Notes: generated from the letters alone by a model not told the origin. 64,000 bases of DNA from ANME-2 cluster archaeon (GCA_019429385.1 JAHYIS010000003.1:34825-98824), one strand, 5' to 3'; shown: positions 47,914 to 58,400, counted from the stretch's first letter. Numbers and translations: made by a program.

Positions 47914-49289
47914 TCCAGGCCCACCTTCAGGGGATTCATAATATTATGAGGGTCAAGTGCCTTTTTTATGGAGTCCATAACATCCATTGCACCACCGTGC
48001 TCCTGGTTCATGTATATCCCGCGGGCACCTCCTATACCGTGTTCTCCCGACACGGTGCCATTGAGCCGCAGAGCCGCACGATGGATGTCGTCGGCCGTCT
48101 TCTTCAGCACTTCCCACTGCTCTTTATCAAGTGTATCAATAGCCATCCCCGTGTGCAGGTTGCCGTCCCCGGCATGGCCGTATGTCATTATGGTAAGACC
48201 ATGCCTGTCTGAAATGCTGCGTATCTCCCTGAGCATCTCAGGAATTGCGGACAATGGGACCGCCACATCTTCACCGATATAGACCCGGGTCTTGCCAGGA
48301 CTCAGCCGCGTAACCGCAGCACCTGCCAGGCGGCGGGCAGCCCACAGTTCCTTCATCTCCGGTTCGGAATATGCAATGGTAACATCAAAAGCTCCAAGTT
48401 CGCGGCAACAACCAGCCACCCTGGCCGCGCCGGATTCAACACTGCAAGGGGCACCGTCCACTTCGATAAGCAACAGAGCTTCACATTCAGGGATACACAG
48501 GTTTGTATCATACGTATTGACTGCCAGGATGGTGGTACGGTCCATCAGTTCGCATGCAGATGGCATGATACCCTTCTCCATTATGGCTGGCACGGTACGG
48601 CCGGCAGCTTCCAGGTCATTGAAATGGGCCAGCACTGCCGCACGGGCCTCAGGTAATGGGTGTATCTTCAACCTGGCCCTGGTGATGATACCCAGCGTGC
48701 CTTCCGAACCTACCATCAGGGCGGTGAGGTCATATCCGGATGCGGATTTCATCACCTTGCCACCGGTCAGGATGACTGCCCCGTCCGGCATGACCACTTC
48801 AAGGTCCAGCACGTAATCAGTGACTGTACCATATTTTACTGAGCGCATGCCGCTGCCCCTGTTGGCTATCAGCCCGCCCAGGGTGCACATTTCGCTGCTG
48901 CCCGGGTCAGGGGGGAAAAAGAAACCGTGGGTTTCAAGTGCACGGTTCAGGTCAGCGTGGATGAGTCCCGGCTCAATTAGTACCTGCAGGTTCGGGATAT
49001 CGATCTCAAGTATCCTGTTCATCCGGCCCATGTCCAATACGATGCCGCCGCACAGTGGTACTGCTCCACCTGCCAGGCCGGTACCCGCGCCCCTTGCAAT
49101 AACAGGAATGCGGTGTTTTTGGGCCAGTTTTACAATTTCTGAAACTTCGGCAGTTGTGCTGGGCATGACCACATAATCCGGGGTACCCTTAATGTACGAA
49201 GCGTCAGAGGAATAACAATACAATTCTGCCGGGTCATTGGAAACGCGGGATGAGGTGACAATGTCCTGAAGCCTGGTGAAGATGTCCAT
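47910..49289 (-). CDS. FAD-linked oxidase (GlcD / D-lactate dehydrogenase-like)
   Basis: ORF extends to 49373. Likely start MDIFTRLQ at 49289. Motifs: ARGAGTGLAGGAVP, GTLGIIT, GEHGIG. Confidence 0.85.
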   Translation of the reverse strand: MDIFTRLQDIVTSSRVSNDPAELYCYSSDASYIKGTPDYVVMPSTTAEVSEIVKLAQKHRIPVIARGAGTGLAGGAVPLCGGIVLDMGRMNRILEIDIPNLQVLIEPGLIHADLNRALETHGFFFPPDPGSSEMCTLGGLIANRGSGMRSVKYGTVTDYVLDLEVVMPDGAVILTGGKVMKSASGYDLTALMVGSEGTLGIITRARLKIHPLPEARAAVLAHFNDLEAAGRTVPAIMEKGIMPSACELMDRTTILAVNTYDTNLCIPECEALLLIEVDGAPCSVESGAARVAGCCRELGAFDVTIAYSEPEMKELWAARRLAGAAVTRLSPGKTRVYIGEDVAVPLSAIPEMLREIRSISDRHGLTIMTYGHAGDGNLHTGMAIDTLDKEQWEVLKKTADDIHRAALRLNGTVSGEHGIGGARGIYMNQEHGGAMDVMDSIKKALDPHNIMNPLKVGLE

Positions 49290-49410
49290 GATACTTTTCC
49301 TTTTTTGCCATCGTGGGTACAGTAGTATTGAGTACAAATTTGATATATGTTTGGCAATCCGGACCTGAATCAATAATCATAAAAACCATCAGGATGTTTA
49401 GAGACCTATT

Positions 49411-49923
49411 ATGACAATGCTCTCAAAACAGGAACTAACGGCCGCAATGAACACCCGGCCACCACTGGTGGAACAGATGATAGACCCCAGTATACAGACC
49501 CAGCCTAACGGTCTTGAGCTGACCCTGCAAAGTGTCCACAGTTTACAGGGCCCGGGGTCTGTTGCTTTTGATAACAGTGAACGTATCCTGCCTGGTACCA
49601 ATCTTCTTGATTTTGATGTGGATGGGTGGCTTCACCTTGACCCTGGCATCTACAAGGTCATCTATAACGAAGTTGTGAACATCCCGGAAGGACTGGCTGC
49701 CATTGCCAGGGCACGGTCCAGCCTGCTGCGCTGTGGTGTGGCCCTGGAGACCGCTGTATGGGATGCCGGATACAGCGGGCGCAGCGAGAGCTTACTGGTA
49801 GTGCATAATCCTGATGGTTTCAGGCTTAAGCGTAATGCCAGGGTGGTGCAGCTAATCTTTTTCAAACTCAGCAGTGATGTAAGCGAAGGCTACAGCGGTA
49901 TCTACCAGAATGAAAATAAATAG
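49411..49923 (+). CDS. dCTP deaminase/dUTPase-superfamily protein (probable dUTP diphosphatase)
   Basis: ~170 aa. ARSSLLRCG, WDAGYSG and VVQLIFF are typical of the trimeric dUTPase fold. Confidence 0.75.
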   Translation: MTMLSKQELTAAMNTRPPLVEQMIDPSIQTQPNGLELTLQSVHSLQGPGSVAFDNSERILPGTNLLDFDVDGWLHLDPGIYKVIYNEVVNIPEGLAAIARARSSLLRCGVALETAVWDAGYSGRSESLLVVHNPDGFRLKRNARVVQLIFFKLSSDVSEGYSGIYQNENK

Positions 49924-49999
49924 AACAAGAATCGGGAAAATTGTCCTATAAAGGAATGATGTGAAAAAAAAGAGAACAGGGGTCAAAGAAAAGGTCCGG

Positions 50000-51292
50000 T
50001 TAAGGCCTATTTCTCATGACCAGTCCTGCTGTTAAGAGTACCATTAAACTGAACAATACCCCGATGGAAGGTGACCCGTATTCGGGGATATCCCTCTGGC
50101 CACCATTTCCTGTATTCCTTGAGCTTGACGGTACTTCGGTCTTGATGATATAGGCATTTCCACCGGTTCCAAAAGACTTGGTCTGTCCTGCCAGTATAAA
50201 TCCTCCATCAGAGGTCTGGGCTACCGAATAGCCATAATCGTCATTCTCTCCGCCAAAGACCTGGCTCCACTGCTCATTTCCATCACTGTCCAGCTTCAGG
50301 AGATACACGTCATTTGCTCCATATGTGTACTGGTTGGTCTTACCGACAATGATATAACCTCCGTCCCTGGTGTTCTGGATAGACCGGGACTCTTCGATGG
50401 TATCACTTGCTCCAAAGAACTTCTCCCAGACTTTTTTACCCTCAAGGTCAAGCTTGATGACATATACATCAGAATTAGCCAGCACATTTTTTGATTTGGA
50501 ATGCCCGGTTACAACATACCCGTCCCTTTGCTGGACAATTGAATATGCCTGGTCGTCATTGTTACCGCCAAAACTGGATGTCCATTTCACATTGCCATTG
50601 GAATCTGTTTTTATGACATACACATCATAACTTCCATCCCCGTTCGACCGGGTATATCCTGCAATGACATATCCATTATCCGACGTCTGACGGATGTCAT
50701 AAGCGCCGTCCTCCAGCCCGCCGCCAATGCTTTTGTCCCATTGTTTGTTTCCGCTGGAGTCGAGTTTGATAATATATACATTACCGTCAATGATGTTCAA
50801 CCATGATTGTCCGGCCGCAATATAACCGCCATCAGAGGTCTGGATTATGGACTCGCATATATCGGTCTGTCTGCTGCCATAATGCTTATCCCACTGGAGA
50901 TTCCCGGAAGAATCCAGTTTCAGAATATAGTAATCAATAACTCCTACATCGAAGGAACGTGTACCTCCTCCTATAATATAACCACCGTCCGAAGTCTGCC
51001 GGATGGATTTGGCAAAGTCTATTTTCGGTCCTCCGTAGTTATGCTCCCATACCACATCACCCGATGAGCTAAGCTTAACCACGTAAACATCTTCAGTGTT
51101 ACTCATACGTTTCGTCATACCGGCAGCAACATACCCGCCGTCTGAGGTCTGTACAACGTCATAAAAAATCTCTTCCCGGTTTCCGCCCAGGTCTGCTGCC
51201 CAGTCAGCCCTGGGTGCTGTATCCGCAGATACAGCCAGCGGTGTGAGCAATAATAGTGCAAAAAAGAGAGCACTCATCATTTTATATCTCAT
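50000..51292 (-). CDS. secreted repeat (beta-propeller-like) surface protein with a C-terminal TM sorting-signal-like tail
   Basis: Signal peptide MSALFFALLLLTPLAVSA. About 8 repeats of TSDGGYI..G..(n)..DVYVIKLDSSGN..W. The tail is DIPEYGSPSIGVLFSLMVLLTAGLVMRNRP. Confidence 0.75.
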   Translation of the reverse strand: MRYKMMSALFFALLLLTPLAVSADTAPRADWAADLGGNREEIFYDVVQTSDGGYVAAGMTKRMSNTEDVYVVKLSSSGDVVWEHNYGGPKIDFAKSIRQTSDGGYIIGGGTRSFDVGVIDYYILKLDSSGNLQWDKHYGSRQTDICESIIQTSDGGYIAAGQSWLNIIDGNVYIIKLDSSGNKQWDKSIGGGLEDGAYDIRQTSDNGYVIAGYTRSNGDGSYDVYVIKTDSNGNVKWTSSFGGNNDDQAYSIVQQRDGYVVTGHSKSKNVLANSDVYVIKLDLEGKKVWEKFFGASDTIEESRSIQNTRDGGYIIVGKTNQYTYGANDVYLLKLDSDGNEQWSQVFGGENDDYGYSVAQTSDGGFILAGQTKSFGTGGNAYIIKTEVPSSSRNTGNGGQRDIPEYGSPSIGVLFSLMVLLTAGLVMRNRP

Positions 51293-51359
51293 AATGTTTT
51301 TCACCAGTATATGATTTATACGAACCACTATTAATAATCTTTTACAGATTGACGTGAAA

Positions 51360-52685
51360 TTACTTTAAACGCTCAATAATTCGCTGTTTCTTGTCAATAG
51401 CTATCCGGGCAGCTTCATCGACCCTGTCACACATGACCTTGAAGTCCAATGGCTCCGCCTCACCAACCAGTTTTTTTATGGGGGTATAGGCAGATTCCCT
51501 GAACCTTGGAGAAAAGTCCACGGTCCTGCCGTCAATCTCAAGTTTTGCACCGCTGCCATGCCCAACCCTGCCGATCATATCTGCTGCAATACCTTTTGAA
51601 CCAAGCACGGAAAGGATGGCATCAGCAGCATCAGCAGGAGCAATTATCAAGAGCGCATCAAGGGATACTCCCAGGTAATCGATCTCAAGTTCTTCGAGCA
51701 TTGACAGAACCGAAGGATTCACCAGCGGTCGGATACGCTCTTCCCGGAACACCAGTTCTACACCCGCGGTCCTTGAGATCTCCTTAGCATCGCCGCGTAC
51801 TCCACCGTTGGTCACATCCGTCATGGCATGGATGCGTTCCAGCAGTCCTGCATCCATAATAGCTTCACAGGCCTCTATGAATTTGAGATTAATGGTCTCA
51901 TCGACAATCTCATGTTTACCATAATAGAGAGCCGTGGTCGAGATAGTGCCGCCGCCTGCCCCTTCAGTCATAAGTATAACGTCACCTGGTTCGGCCAGTA
52001 TCCTTGCAGAGACGGTCCCGGTGATACCGACTGCGCCCACACCGCCGGTCATACGCTCACCAATGACCATATCCCCCCCTATGCGCAGGGTACTGCCTGT
52101 TATAAGAGGTACACCGGTCAGTTCTGAAACGGTTGTTATACCTGCAATGTGGTCGAATATCTTGCCCACATCCCCGTCATCGGCAACATGGATGTCGGAC
52201 AGCATAGCCAGCGGCCTGGCCCCCATTGCATAGATATCACGAAGCGCAGCCCTTGCCACATGGAAACCAGCCAGGAATGGGTAATCGCTGAGCCTGCTAT
52301 GGATACCGTCCACCGTCACCACCAGATACTCACCGTTGCCGGTCCTGACCACTCCCGAATCGTCCAGGTGCGATGTATCCACTTCCGCCGATGTTTTGCC
52401 TATCACCCGTGCTATCTGCTCGTGGGTATAGAAATCGCCCATTCCCCGGCTGCCAACACCAAATTGCCCCATGGTAATGCCTGAGGTGACCGGTTCAAAA
52501 ATATCTCCTTTCGGTTCCAGGGTGGCGCTGGCTTCCACCATAACTGCATGGGCTAATTCTTGTGCATGCTGTTCGGTAACATTCCCGCCCTTGATCTCAC
52601 GTATGCGACGGGCAAGTCTTTCCTCTATCTGCCCCTCACTCTCACCCGATAACAAAGCGCGTTTAGCATAACCTTCAATGTCCAT
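51360..52685 (-). CDS. AIR-synthase-related (PurM/ThiL/HypE-fold) protein
   Basis: DDSGVV, DGIHS and ALRDIYAMGARP are typical of the PurM-like N-domain. 441 aa. Confidence 0.75.
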   Translation of the reverse strand: MDIEGYAKRALLSGESEGQIEERLARRIREIKGGNVTEQHAQELAHAVMVEASATLEPKGDIFEPVTSGITMGQFGVGSRGMGDFYTHEQIARVIGKTSAEVDTSHLDDSGVVRTGNGEYLVVTVDGIHSRLSDYPFLAGFHVARAALRDIYAMGARPLAMLSDIHVADDGDVGKIFDHIAGITTVSELTGVPLITGSTLRIGGDMVIGERMTGGVGAVGITGTVSARILAEPGDVILMTEGAGGGTISTTALYYGKHEIVDETINLKFIEACEAIMDAGLLERIHAMTDVTNGGVRGDAKEISRTAGVELVFREERIRPLVNPSVLSMLEELEIDYLGVSLDALLIIAPADAADAILSVLGSKGIAADMIGRVGHGSGAKLEIDGRTVDFSPRFRESAYTPIKKLVGEAEPLDFKVMCDRVDEAARIAIDKKQRIIERLK

Positions 52686-52750
52686 GTCCAGAGGGATGCA
52701 TATATTGATTATTAAAGGTTCTTAAAATCGTACTATGGTATTACCCGGTA

Positions 52751-53686
52751 TTACCACACCAGAGAAATACTTTTCAGTTCCCTGCTGCGATCCAGCTCTT
52801 TCAATATCACTCGCACTTCCTGGTCAGTGATGTTACCTGCCCTCTGGCTCATGCGGACCACCTGGCTCACCTCGATCCGACCGGTGTGGCTGAGCAATTT
52901 GACAATACGCAGTACTGTATTTTTCTGCCATTCATGCTCTCTTGTCTGGTACGTACGTATGGAGCGAAGGAAATCTATCTTCCGGAATTCGGGCCAGTAC
53001 GGTGCACAGAAATAAGCTGCACATTCGCTGCCATTGGCCTGCCAGGGCAGGAAATTGGACATTCTCTCATCACCGCCGGTCCTGATTATCAGGTCAACGT
53101 CAGGCACTGCCAGGCCGGGAGATGGATAGAGATGGGATGAAATTACCTCTTCATTAATATCTGATACTGTCATTTCACCGCTGGAGATCTTGCCGGCGAG
53201 GGTCTGTGCGGTATCCACGATTTCCTGGCGGCCTCCGTAAGCCATGGCAATATTCAGGTACAGGTTGCTATAATTCCTGGTCATGTCCTCTGCACATATC
53301 CCTGTCTGCTTAAGAGCTTCAGGCAGCAGGTCGATATTCCCCAGCATCCTGACCCGCATACCTCTCCTATGAGTACGCTCATCATCCATTAATTCCTCCA
53401 GCTTTAAGCCCATAAGTTCAAACAGTTTCTGCTTTTCATCCTCTGAACGGTTCAGGTTCTCGGTAGAGAATGCATAGACGGTTAATTGTTTCACGCCCAG
53501 TTCATAGCACCAGTCAAGTACTCTTTCAGTGGTATTCGCACCCTTGATATGACCCTGCCAGGTGCTCATTTTCAACTTACGGGCATACCTGCGGTTCCCG
53601 TCCATGATAATTGCAATATGTTCTGGTACCCTGAACTCCTTAATCTCATGGGTGAGCAAATATTCATACCCTGAATAAAGGAACAT
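52751..53686 (-). CDS. uppS: cis-prenyltransferase (undecaprenyl-diphosphate synthase family) with a ~65-aa C-terminal extension
   Basis: HIAIIMDGNRRYA, LTVYAFSTEN, LIIRTGGDERMSNFLPWQ. The ORF extends to 53737; likely start is 53686. Confidence 0.9.
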   Translation of the reverse strand: MFLYSGYEYLLTHEIKEFRVPEHIAIIMDGNRRYARKLKMSTWQGHIKGANTTERVLDWCYELGVKQLTVYAFSTENLNRSEDEKQKLFELMGLKLEELMDDERTHRRGMRVRMLGNIDLLPEALKQTGICAEDMTRNYSNLYLNIAMAYGGRQEIVDTAQTLAGKISSGEMTVSDINEEVISSHLYPSPGLAVPDVDLIIRTGGDERMSNFLPWQANGSECAAYFCAPYWPEFRKIDFLRSIRTYQTREHEWQKNTVLRIVKLLSHTGRIEVSQVVRMSQRAGNITDQEVRVILKELDRSRELKSISLVW

Positions 53687-53885
53687 ATCAACGCTTCTTT
53701 TAACCACGCCTAAAGCACTTTGCATACCAGTAATCATAGAGATTCAATATACAAATAGTTATTTGATTAAAATGATAGATTAATATGATTTGAATGTTTT
53801 AAATATGCTGTTGTATCAGTGGTTATGAATTATATATATGGAACATCAATAAGAAAGGTAACTAATAAACCCGGGTTTTTAAAAC

Positions 53886-54764
53886 ATGACTGCAAACTTT
53901 CTCTGGATATCACTGGTCTTTTTCACCATTGCGTCTGTGCTCCCTCATAAATTCAAGCTGCAACGAATGCCTGTCGGTGCTATCGGATGGATATTCTTTG
54001 CACTTTATTGGGCATTACAGCCTATCTATTACCTGAAAGAAGGCGACATTTCAATGGTACTGCTGATGTTGGTGGTGGCGTTTTTTTGCCTCATAATTGC
54101 ACACCTGATGATAGGTACTTATGTAATGACAAAAAAAGGCATACCACTGGATAATCCAATCGACAGACCAAAGACATTACTGGCTGTTACCACGGTCACT
54201 GCCATAGGGTGTCTGTTCTATTTCCCTTTTGCTCAAATTGAATCTTTGAATCATTTAATCATAAGTACGGTTACCTCGCAGACGTTCTGGCTTTCACAGC
54301 AGGTGGGATTCCCTGTGGAAAGGGCGGATTGGAATATGATCCGGCTCGGAATATACCGGGTCGAGATAATACTGGCATGTACTGCTATCGAAAGTATCGC
54401 CCTGTTCTTCGGCCTCATATTAGGGACAAGAGCAGAAGCCAAGAAGGTTTTGCTGGCATTACTGGCATCCATTCCTGTAATTTATATCCTCAATGTTATC
54501 AGGAACACATTCGTGATAGGAGCTTACGGGTATGAATGGTTCGGGAGCGGGCCCATGATAGTGAACCTGTTTGGCCATGAATATTTCCTGCATGATTCGG
54601 CCAGCTTCTACATAAGCCACCACCTGATAGCCAAAGGCGGGTCAGGTATAGCATTGTTCTTCATTGCCTATGCAGTATTGAAAACTCTCCCCGAACTACT
54701 GGACCTCATCGAGGAAATCTGGCAACTGGTAAAGGTTGACTTGAACCACCTCAGGGGTGGGTAG
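53886..54764 (+). CDS. artA: archaeosortase (ArtA-like)
   Basis: Polytopic membrane protein. Candidate catalytic Cys in ILACTAIES, Arg in LNVIRN, His in ISHHL. Adjacent psd and pssA. Confidence 0.75.
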   Translation: MTANFLWISLVFFTIASVLPHKFKLQRMPVGAIGWIFFALYWALQPIYYLKEGDISMVLLMLVVAFFCLIIAHLMIGTYVMTKKGIPLDNPIDRPKTLLAVTTVTAIGCLFYFPFAQIESLNHLIISTVTSQTFWLSQQVGFPVERADWNMIRLGIYRVEIILACTAIESIALFFGLILGTRAEAKKVLLALLASIPVIYILNVIRNTFVIGAYGYEWFGSGPMIVNLFGHEYFLHDSASFYISHHLIAKGGSGIALFFIAYAVLKTLPELLDLIEEIWQLVKVDLNHLRGG

Positions 54765-54802
54765 GGATTCTTGCCCGCAATACCGGGACACTGATCACGG
54801 GA

Positions 54803-55417
54803 TTGTTCGTCACTGCCCTTGTCCTGGCACTGGCAGCCCTTATATTATCTTCGACCTTGCTGGCCAGGGAATCGGCGCTGGTATTTCTCCTGGATTTTTT
54901 CTTTATCTGGTTCTTCAGGGACCCGGAGCGCATACCCGGAGGAGATGATACTGATGTCGTGTCGCCTGCTGACGGTAGAGTGGTAGATATCCGGGGAACT
55001 ACGGTATGCATTTTCATGAACATACACAACGTGCATGTGAACCGGGCTCCCTTGAGCGGGAAGATAGTGGCAATGAAGCACACGGATGGTGGATACCTGC
55101 CTGCCTTCTGTAAGGATTCACATCGCAACGAGCGTAATTCAACATGCATAGAGTCGGATTTTGGACTGGTCAAAATGGTCCAGATCGCTGGTACGGTTAC
55201 CAGAAGGATTGATTCCTATTTCAACGTGGGCGACACGGTGGTCAGGGGCGAGCGTATCGGTATGATACGATTCGGTAGCCGTGTGGATGTGACACCTCCA
55301 CCAGGGTACAAACTTATGGTCAGAAAGGGGCAAAGAGTACGGGCAGCAGAAACGATTATTGCCAGTAAGATAGACTTTGATGAAAGGGAGGCAGACTGCA
55401 TCCATGCATCAGAATAA
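54803..55417 (+). CDS. psd: archaetidylserine/phosphatidylserine decarboxylase proenzyme (short archaeal type)
   Basis: FFRDPER, SPADG, HNVHVNRAP, and the self-cleavage-type FGSRVD motif. Confidence 0.85.
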   Translation: MFVTALVLALAALILSSTLLARESALVFLLDFFFIWFFRDPERIPGGDDTDVVSPADGRVVDIRGTTVCIFMNIHNVHVNRAPLSGKIVAMKHTDGGYLPAFCKDSHRNERNSTCIESDFGLVKMVQIAGTVTRRIDSYFNVGDTVVRGERIGMIRFGSRVDVTPPPGYKLMVRKGQRVRAAETIIASKIDFDEREADCIHASE

Positions 55418-56114
55418 TGAAAATCCCAGTATTTACAAATTGATACGACTTCCTGACCTGGTGACATTGTTAAATGCGCTGCTCGGCCTGACTGCTATCC
55501 TGATGGTAGTCCAGTCACCCTCCAATGTCCTGCACGCTTCCATTCTCATTGTACTTGCGGTGATTGCCGACGGAGCTGATGGTGCAATTGCCAGGAGACT
55601 GGAATACGGGGTGCTGGGGGAGCACCTGGACTCGCTGGCCGACGTGATATCCTTTGGAATGGCACCTGTTGTGATCGCCTTCGCACTACTGGCACCCCAG
55701 TACCATTACCCAGTATGCATTATAGGGGGTGCATTCCTTGCCAGTGGTATCCTGAGACTGGCCAGGTTTGGTGTTATTGACCAGAAAGGCGGGTTTATCG
55801 GCATGCCTATCACCACATCCGGCCTGATGGTCTCCCTGTATGTGCTGGCTTTCAGTAGCGGAGAAGGACCATTGTTCTCGTACGGTCTGCTGGCTACCAT
55901 GCTGCTTTTATCGGTATTGATGGTAAGCCGGATACGATATCCAAAGGTCAGGGATGCCCGCCTCATTGGAGTGATGACTGTCCTGCTGATACTGATGGTA
56001 ATGTCTTTCTATCTGGGCAGTGCGCCCGGGCTTATGGTTACGGCCCGGGCAAATCTTGTGTTGATAGGGGTGTATATCCTGTCTCCGTTATTGAATTTTA
56101 GGAAAAACCGGTGA
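55404..56114 (+). CDS. pssA: CDP-alcohol phosphatidyltransferase, archaetidylserine synthase-like
   Basis: DGADGAIARRLEYGVLGEHLDSLADVISFG is the CDP-alcohol transferase motif. 14-nt overlap with psd. Confidence 0.85.
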   Translation: MHQNNENPSIYKLIRLPDLVTLLNALLGLTAILMVVQSPSNVLHASILIVLAVIADGADGAIARRLEYGVLGEHLDSLADVISFGMAPVVIAFALLAPQYHYPVCIIGGAFLASGILRLARFGVIDQKGGFIGMPITTSGLMVSLYVLAFSSGEGPLFSYGLLATMLLLSVLMVSRIRYPKVRDARLIGVMTVLLILMVMSFYLGSAPGLMVTARANLVLIGVYILSPLLNFRKNR

Positions 56115-56298
56115 TAATGGCTGTTTGTATCTGAAAATTGTGGATTATTTCATTTCCGCGGTATAAGAATTCAGGAATGTCAATAGCGGTTAAGAAATCC
56201 CCTTTTCCGGTGGTTTAAAATTCCAACCCGACAATCCTCATCAGCCCCCTCTCCTCATCAACCAAACTAATTTATCCCCGGGACATATATGCCTTGAT

Positions 56299-56970
56299 AT
56301 GGACCCTTCACTCTTCCCCTTTGACCTCTCCACCCCCTCGCTACTGCGTGTCCAGGACCTGGTCAGGCAGCGGGCTGTCCTCTATGATGACCATGCCACA
56401 CCCCGGCTCATAGCAGGTGTGGACCAGGCATTCATGCAAGATACCATCATCTCAGGCATTGTGGTGGTTGACTACGGATCCTGTGAGGTGGTCGAGGAGG
56501 TATACCACAGGGCACATGTGGAATATCCCTACATCCCCACATTTCTTTCATTCAGGGAAGGGCCTGCCATTGTTTCAGCCTTCGGGAAACTGCACCATAT
56601 GCCTGATATCCTGATGGTGGATGGCTGCGGTATCAACCACCCGCGCAGTGCAGGTCTGGCCACTCATGTTGGCGTGGCGCTGGATATACCTACGATAGGA
56701 GTGGCCAAGAATATACTGTGCGGGATTGGGGATGAACCTGTGGAACTGGGTGATGTGAGCCCGCTGGTCTTTGAAAACAGGCAGGTGGGGTGGCTTATCA
56801 AGTCATGCAGCAGGTGCAGACCCATCGTGGTGGCGCCCGGGAACAGGGTAAGCATGGACGGGACGCTGGATATCACGAAACACATGCTGCGCGGGCACAA
56901 ACTGCCCGAACCCTGTCTGCTGGCACACAGGTATGTGACCAAGCTGGCAAAAACAATAAAGCACCTTTAG
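56299..56970 (+). CDS. nfi: endonuclease V
   Basis: AGVDQAF, YIPTFLSFREGP, MVDGCGINHPR, GVALDIPTIGVAK. Confidence 0.9.
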   Translation: MDPSLFPFDLSTPSLLRVQDLVRQRAVLYDDHATPRLIAGVDQAFMQDTIISGIVVVDYGSCEVVEEVYHRAHVEYPYIPTFLSFREGPAIVSAFGKLHHMPDILMVDGCGINHPRSAGLATHVGVALDIPTIGVAKNILCGIGDEPVELGDVSPLVFENRQVGWLIKSCSRCRPIVVAPGNRVSMDGTLDITKHMLRGHKLPEPCLLAHRYVTKLAKTIKHL

Positions 56971-56992
56971 AACATCCAGACCCATCGATATC

Positions 56993-58390
56993 ATGCAAAA
57001 CGAACCGGACCCAAAGTACAAATGGCGCGCAATGTTAGTCGTATCCATTGGAATATTCATGGCCACCCTGGATGGCAGTATTGTAAATATCGCACTGCCC
57101 ACCCTGACAGACTATTTCAGCACTGACATACTCACCATCGAATGGGTGATACTTTCGTACCTGGTCACCATCACAACCCTGCTGCTTACCCTGGGCCGGC
57201 TTTCTGACATGTACGGACGCAAACCCGTATTCTCTTTGGGCCTGTTGATCTTCTCTCTGGGTTCCGGGCTGTGCAGCCTGTCGGCATCAGCGACCCAGTT
57301 GATAGCCTTCCGCGTTGTACAGGGTCTGGGAGCCGCCATGGTAATGGCGAACGGTCCTGCTATTATTACGGACGTGTTTCCCCATACCGAACGGGGCAAA
57401 GCAATGGGACTTATTGGCACCGTTGTCAGTATCGGTTCAATGGCCGGACCGGCTTTGGGTGGTTTTCTTATCCACCTGTGGGGCTGGCAGAGTATTTTTT
57501 ACATTAACATTCCCATAGGGCTGCTGGGAACAGTATACGCCCTCAGGATCCTGCAGACCGACCAGCCCCGTGCCTGCCAGAAATTCGATGTTCCGGGTGC
57601 CGTCTTCATGTTCATATCCCTGATATCTCTGTTATTGGTGATTACCAGGGGCCAGGAGCTGGGCTGGGATTCACCGGCAATACTCAGCCTGTCGGTCATG
57701 TTCGCAGTCTTTTTGGCAGGTTTCGTTATGGCAGAAAAAAAGGTCGACCAGCCGATGGTAGAGTTATCCCTGTTTCAAAACAGGCCGTTCTCAGCATCGA
57801 ATGCCAGCGGTCTATTAAGCTTTGTTGCCATGTTCACCGTAATCCTTCTTATGCCCTACTACCTGGAAAAAATACTGGGATACAATCCCAGCCATGTGGG
57901 AATGGCGCTGATAGCCGTTCCTCTGGTCATGGCGCTGGTGGCACCCATCAGTGGCTGGATATCTGATAAGACGAATTCATTTATCCTCAGCAGTATCGGG
58001 ATGGGCGTTTCGTGTCTTGCCATGTTCCTGCTGGGCAACCTGGACCAGAACGCTACGTTCCCTGACATCGTGGTCAGGCTCGGGATGATAGGACTTGGGA
58101 TGGGGCTCTTCCAGTCACCCAATAACAGCATTGTCATGGGTTCAGTACCAAAAAACCGGCTGGGGATCGCCGGTGGAATGCTCGGAATGGTAAGGAACCT
58201 TGGTATGGTCACAGGGGTTGCCATTTCCGGAGCGGTTTTCACCAGCGGGTTCCAGTCCAACCAGGCTGCTGGATTAACCTACGAAGCGTCCTTCCTTGGT
58301 GGTTTCCACAACGCTTTCATGGTAGCCGCAGTGATATGCGTGGTAGGTATCATCATGTCGCTCATGCGGGGAAAAAGCAGGGAAGAATAA
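56993..58390 (+). CDS. MFS transporter (DHA2/EmrB-like, ~14 TM)
   Basis: MATLDGSIVNIALP and GRLSDMYGRK (MFS motif A). 465 aa. Confidence 0.9.
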   Translation: MQNEPDPKYKWRAMLVVSIGIFMATLDGSIVNIALPTLTDYFSTDILTIEWVILSYLVTITTLLLTLGRLSDMYGRKPVFSLGLLIFSLGSGLCSLSASATQLIAFRVVQGLGAAMVMANGPAIITDVFPHTERGKAMGLIGTVVSIGSMAGPALGGFLIHLWGWQSIFYINIPIGLLGTVYALRILQTDQPRACQKFDVPGAVFMFISLISLLLVITRGQELGWDSPAILSLSVMFAVFLAGFVMAEKKVDQPMVELSLFQNRPFSASNASGLLSFVAMFTVILLMPYYLEKILGYNPSHVGMALIAVPLVMALVAPISGWISDKTNSFILSSIGMGVSCLAMFLLGNLDQNATFPDIVVRLGMIGLGMGLFQSPNNSIVMGSVPKNRLGIAGGMLGMVRNLGMVTGVAISGAVFTSGFQSNQAAGLTYEASFLGGFHNAFMVAAVICVVGIIMSLMRGKSREE

Positions 58391-58400
58391 TCTTTCGTAC

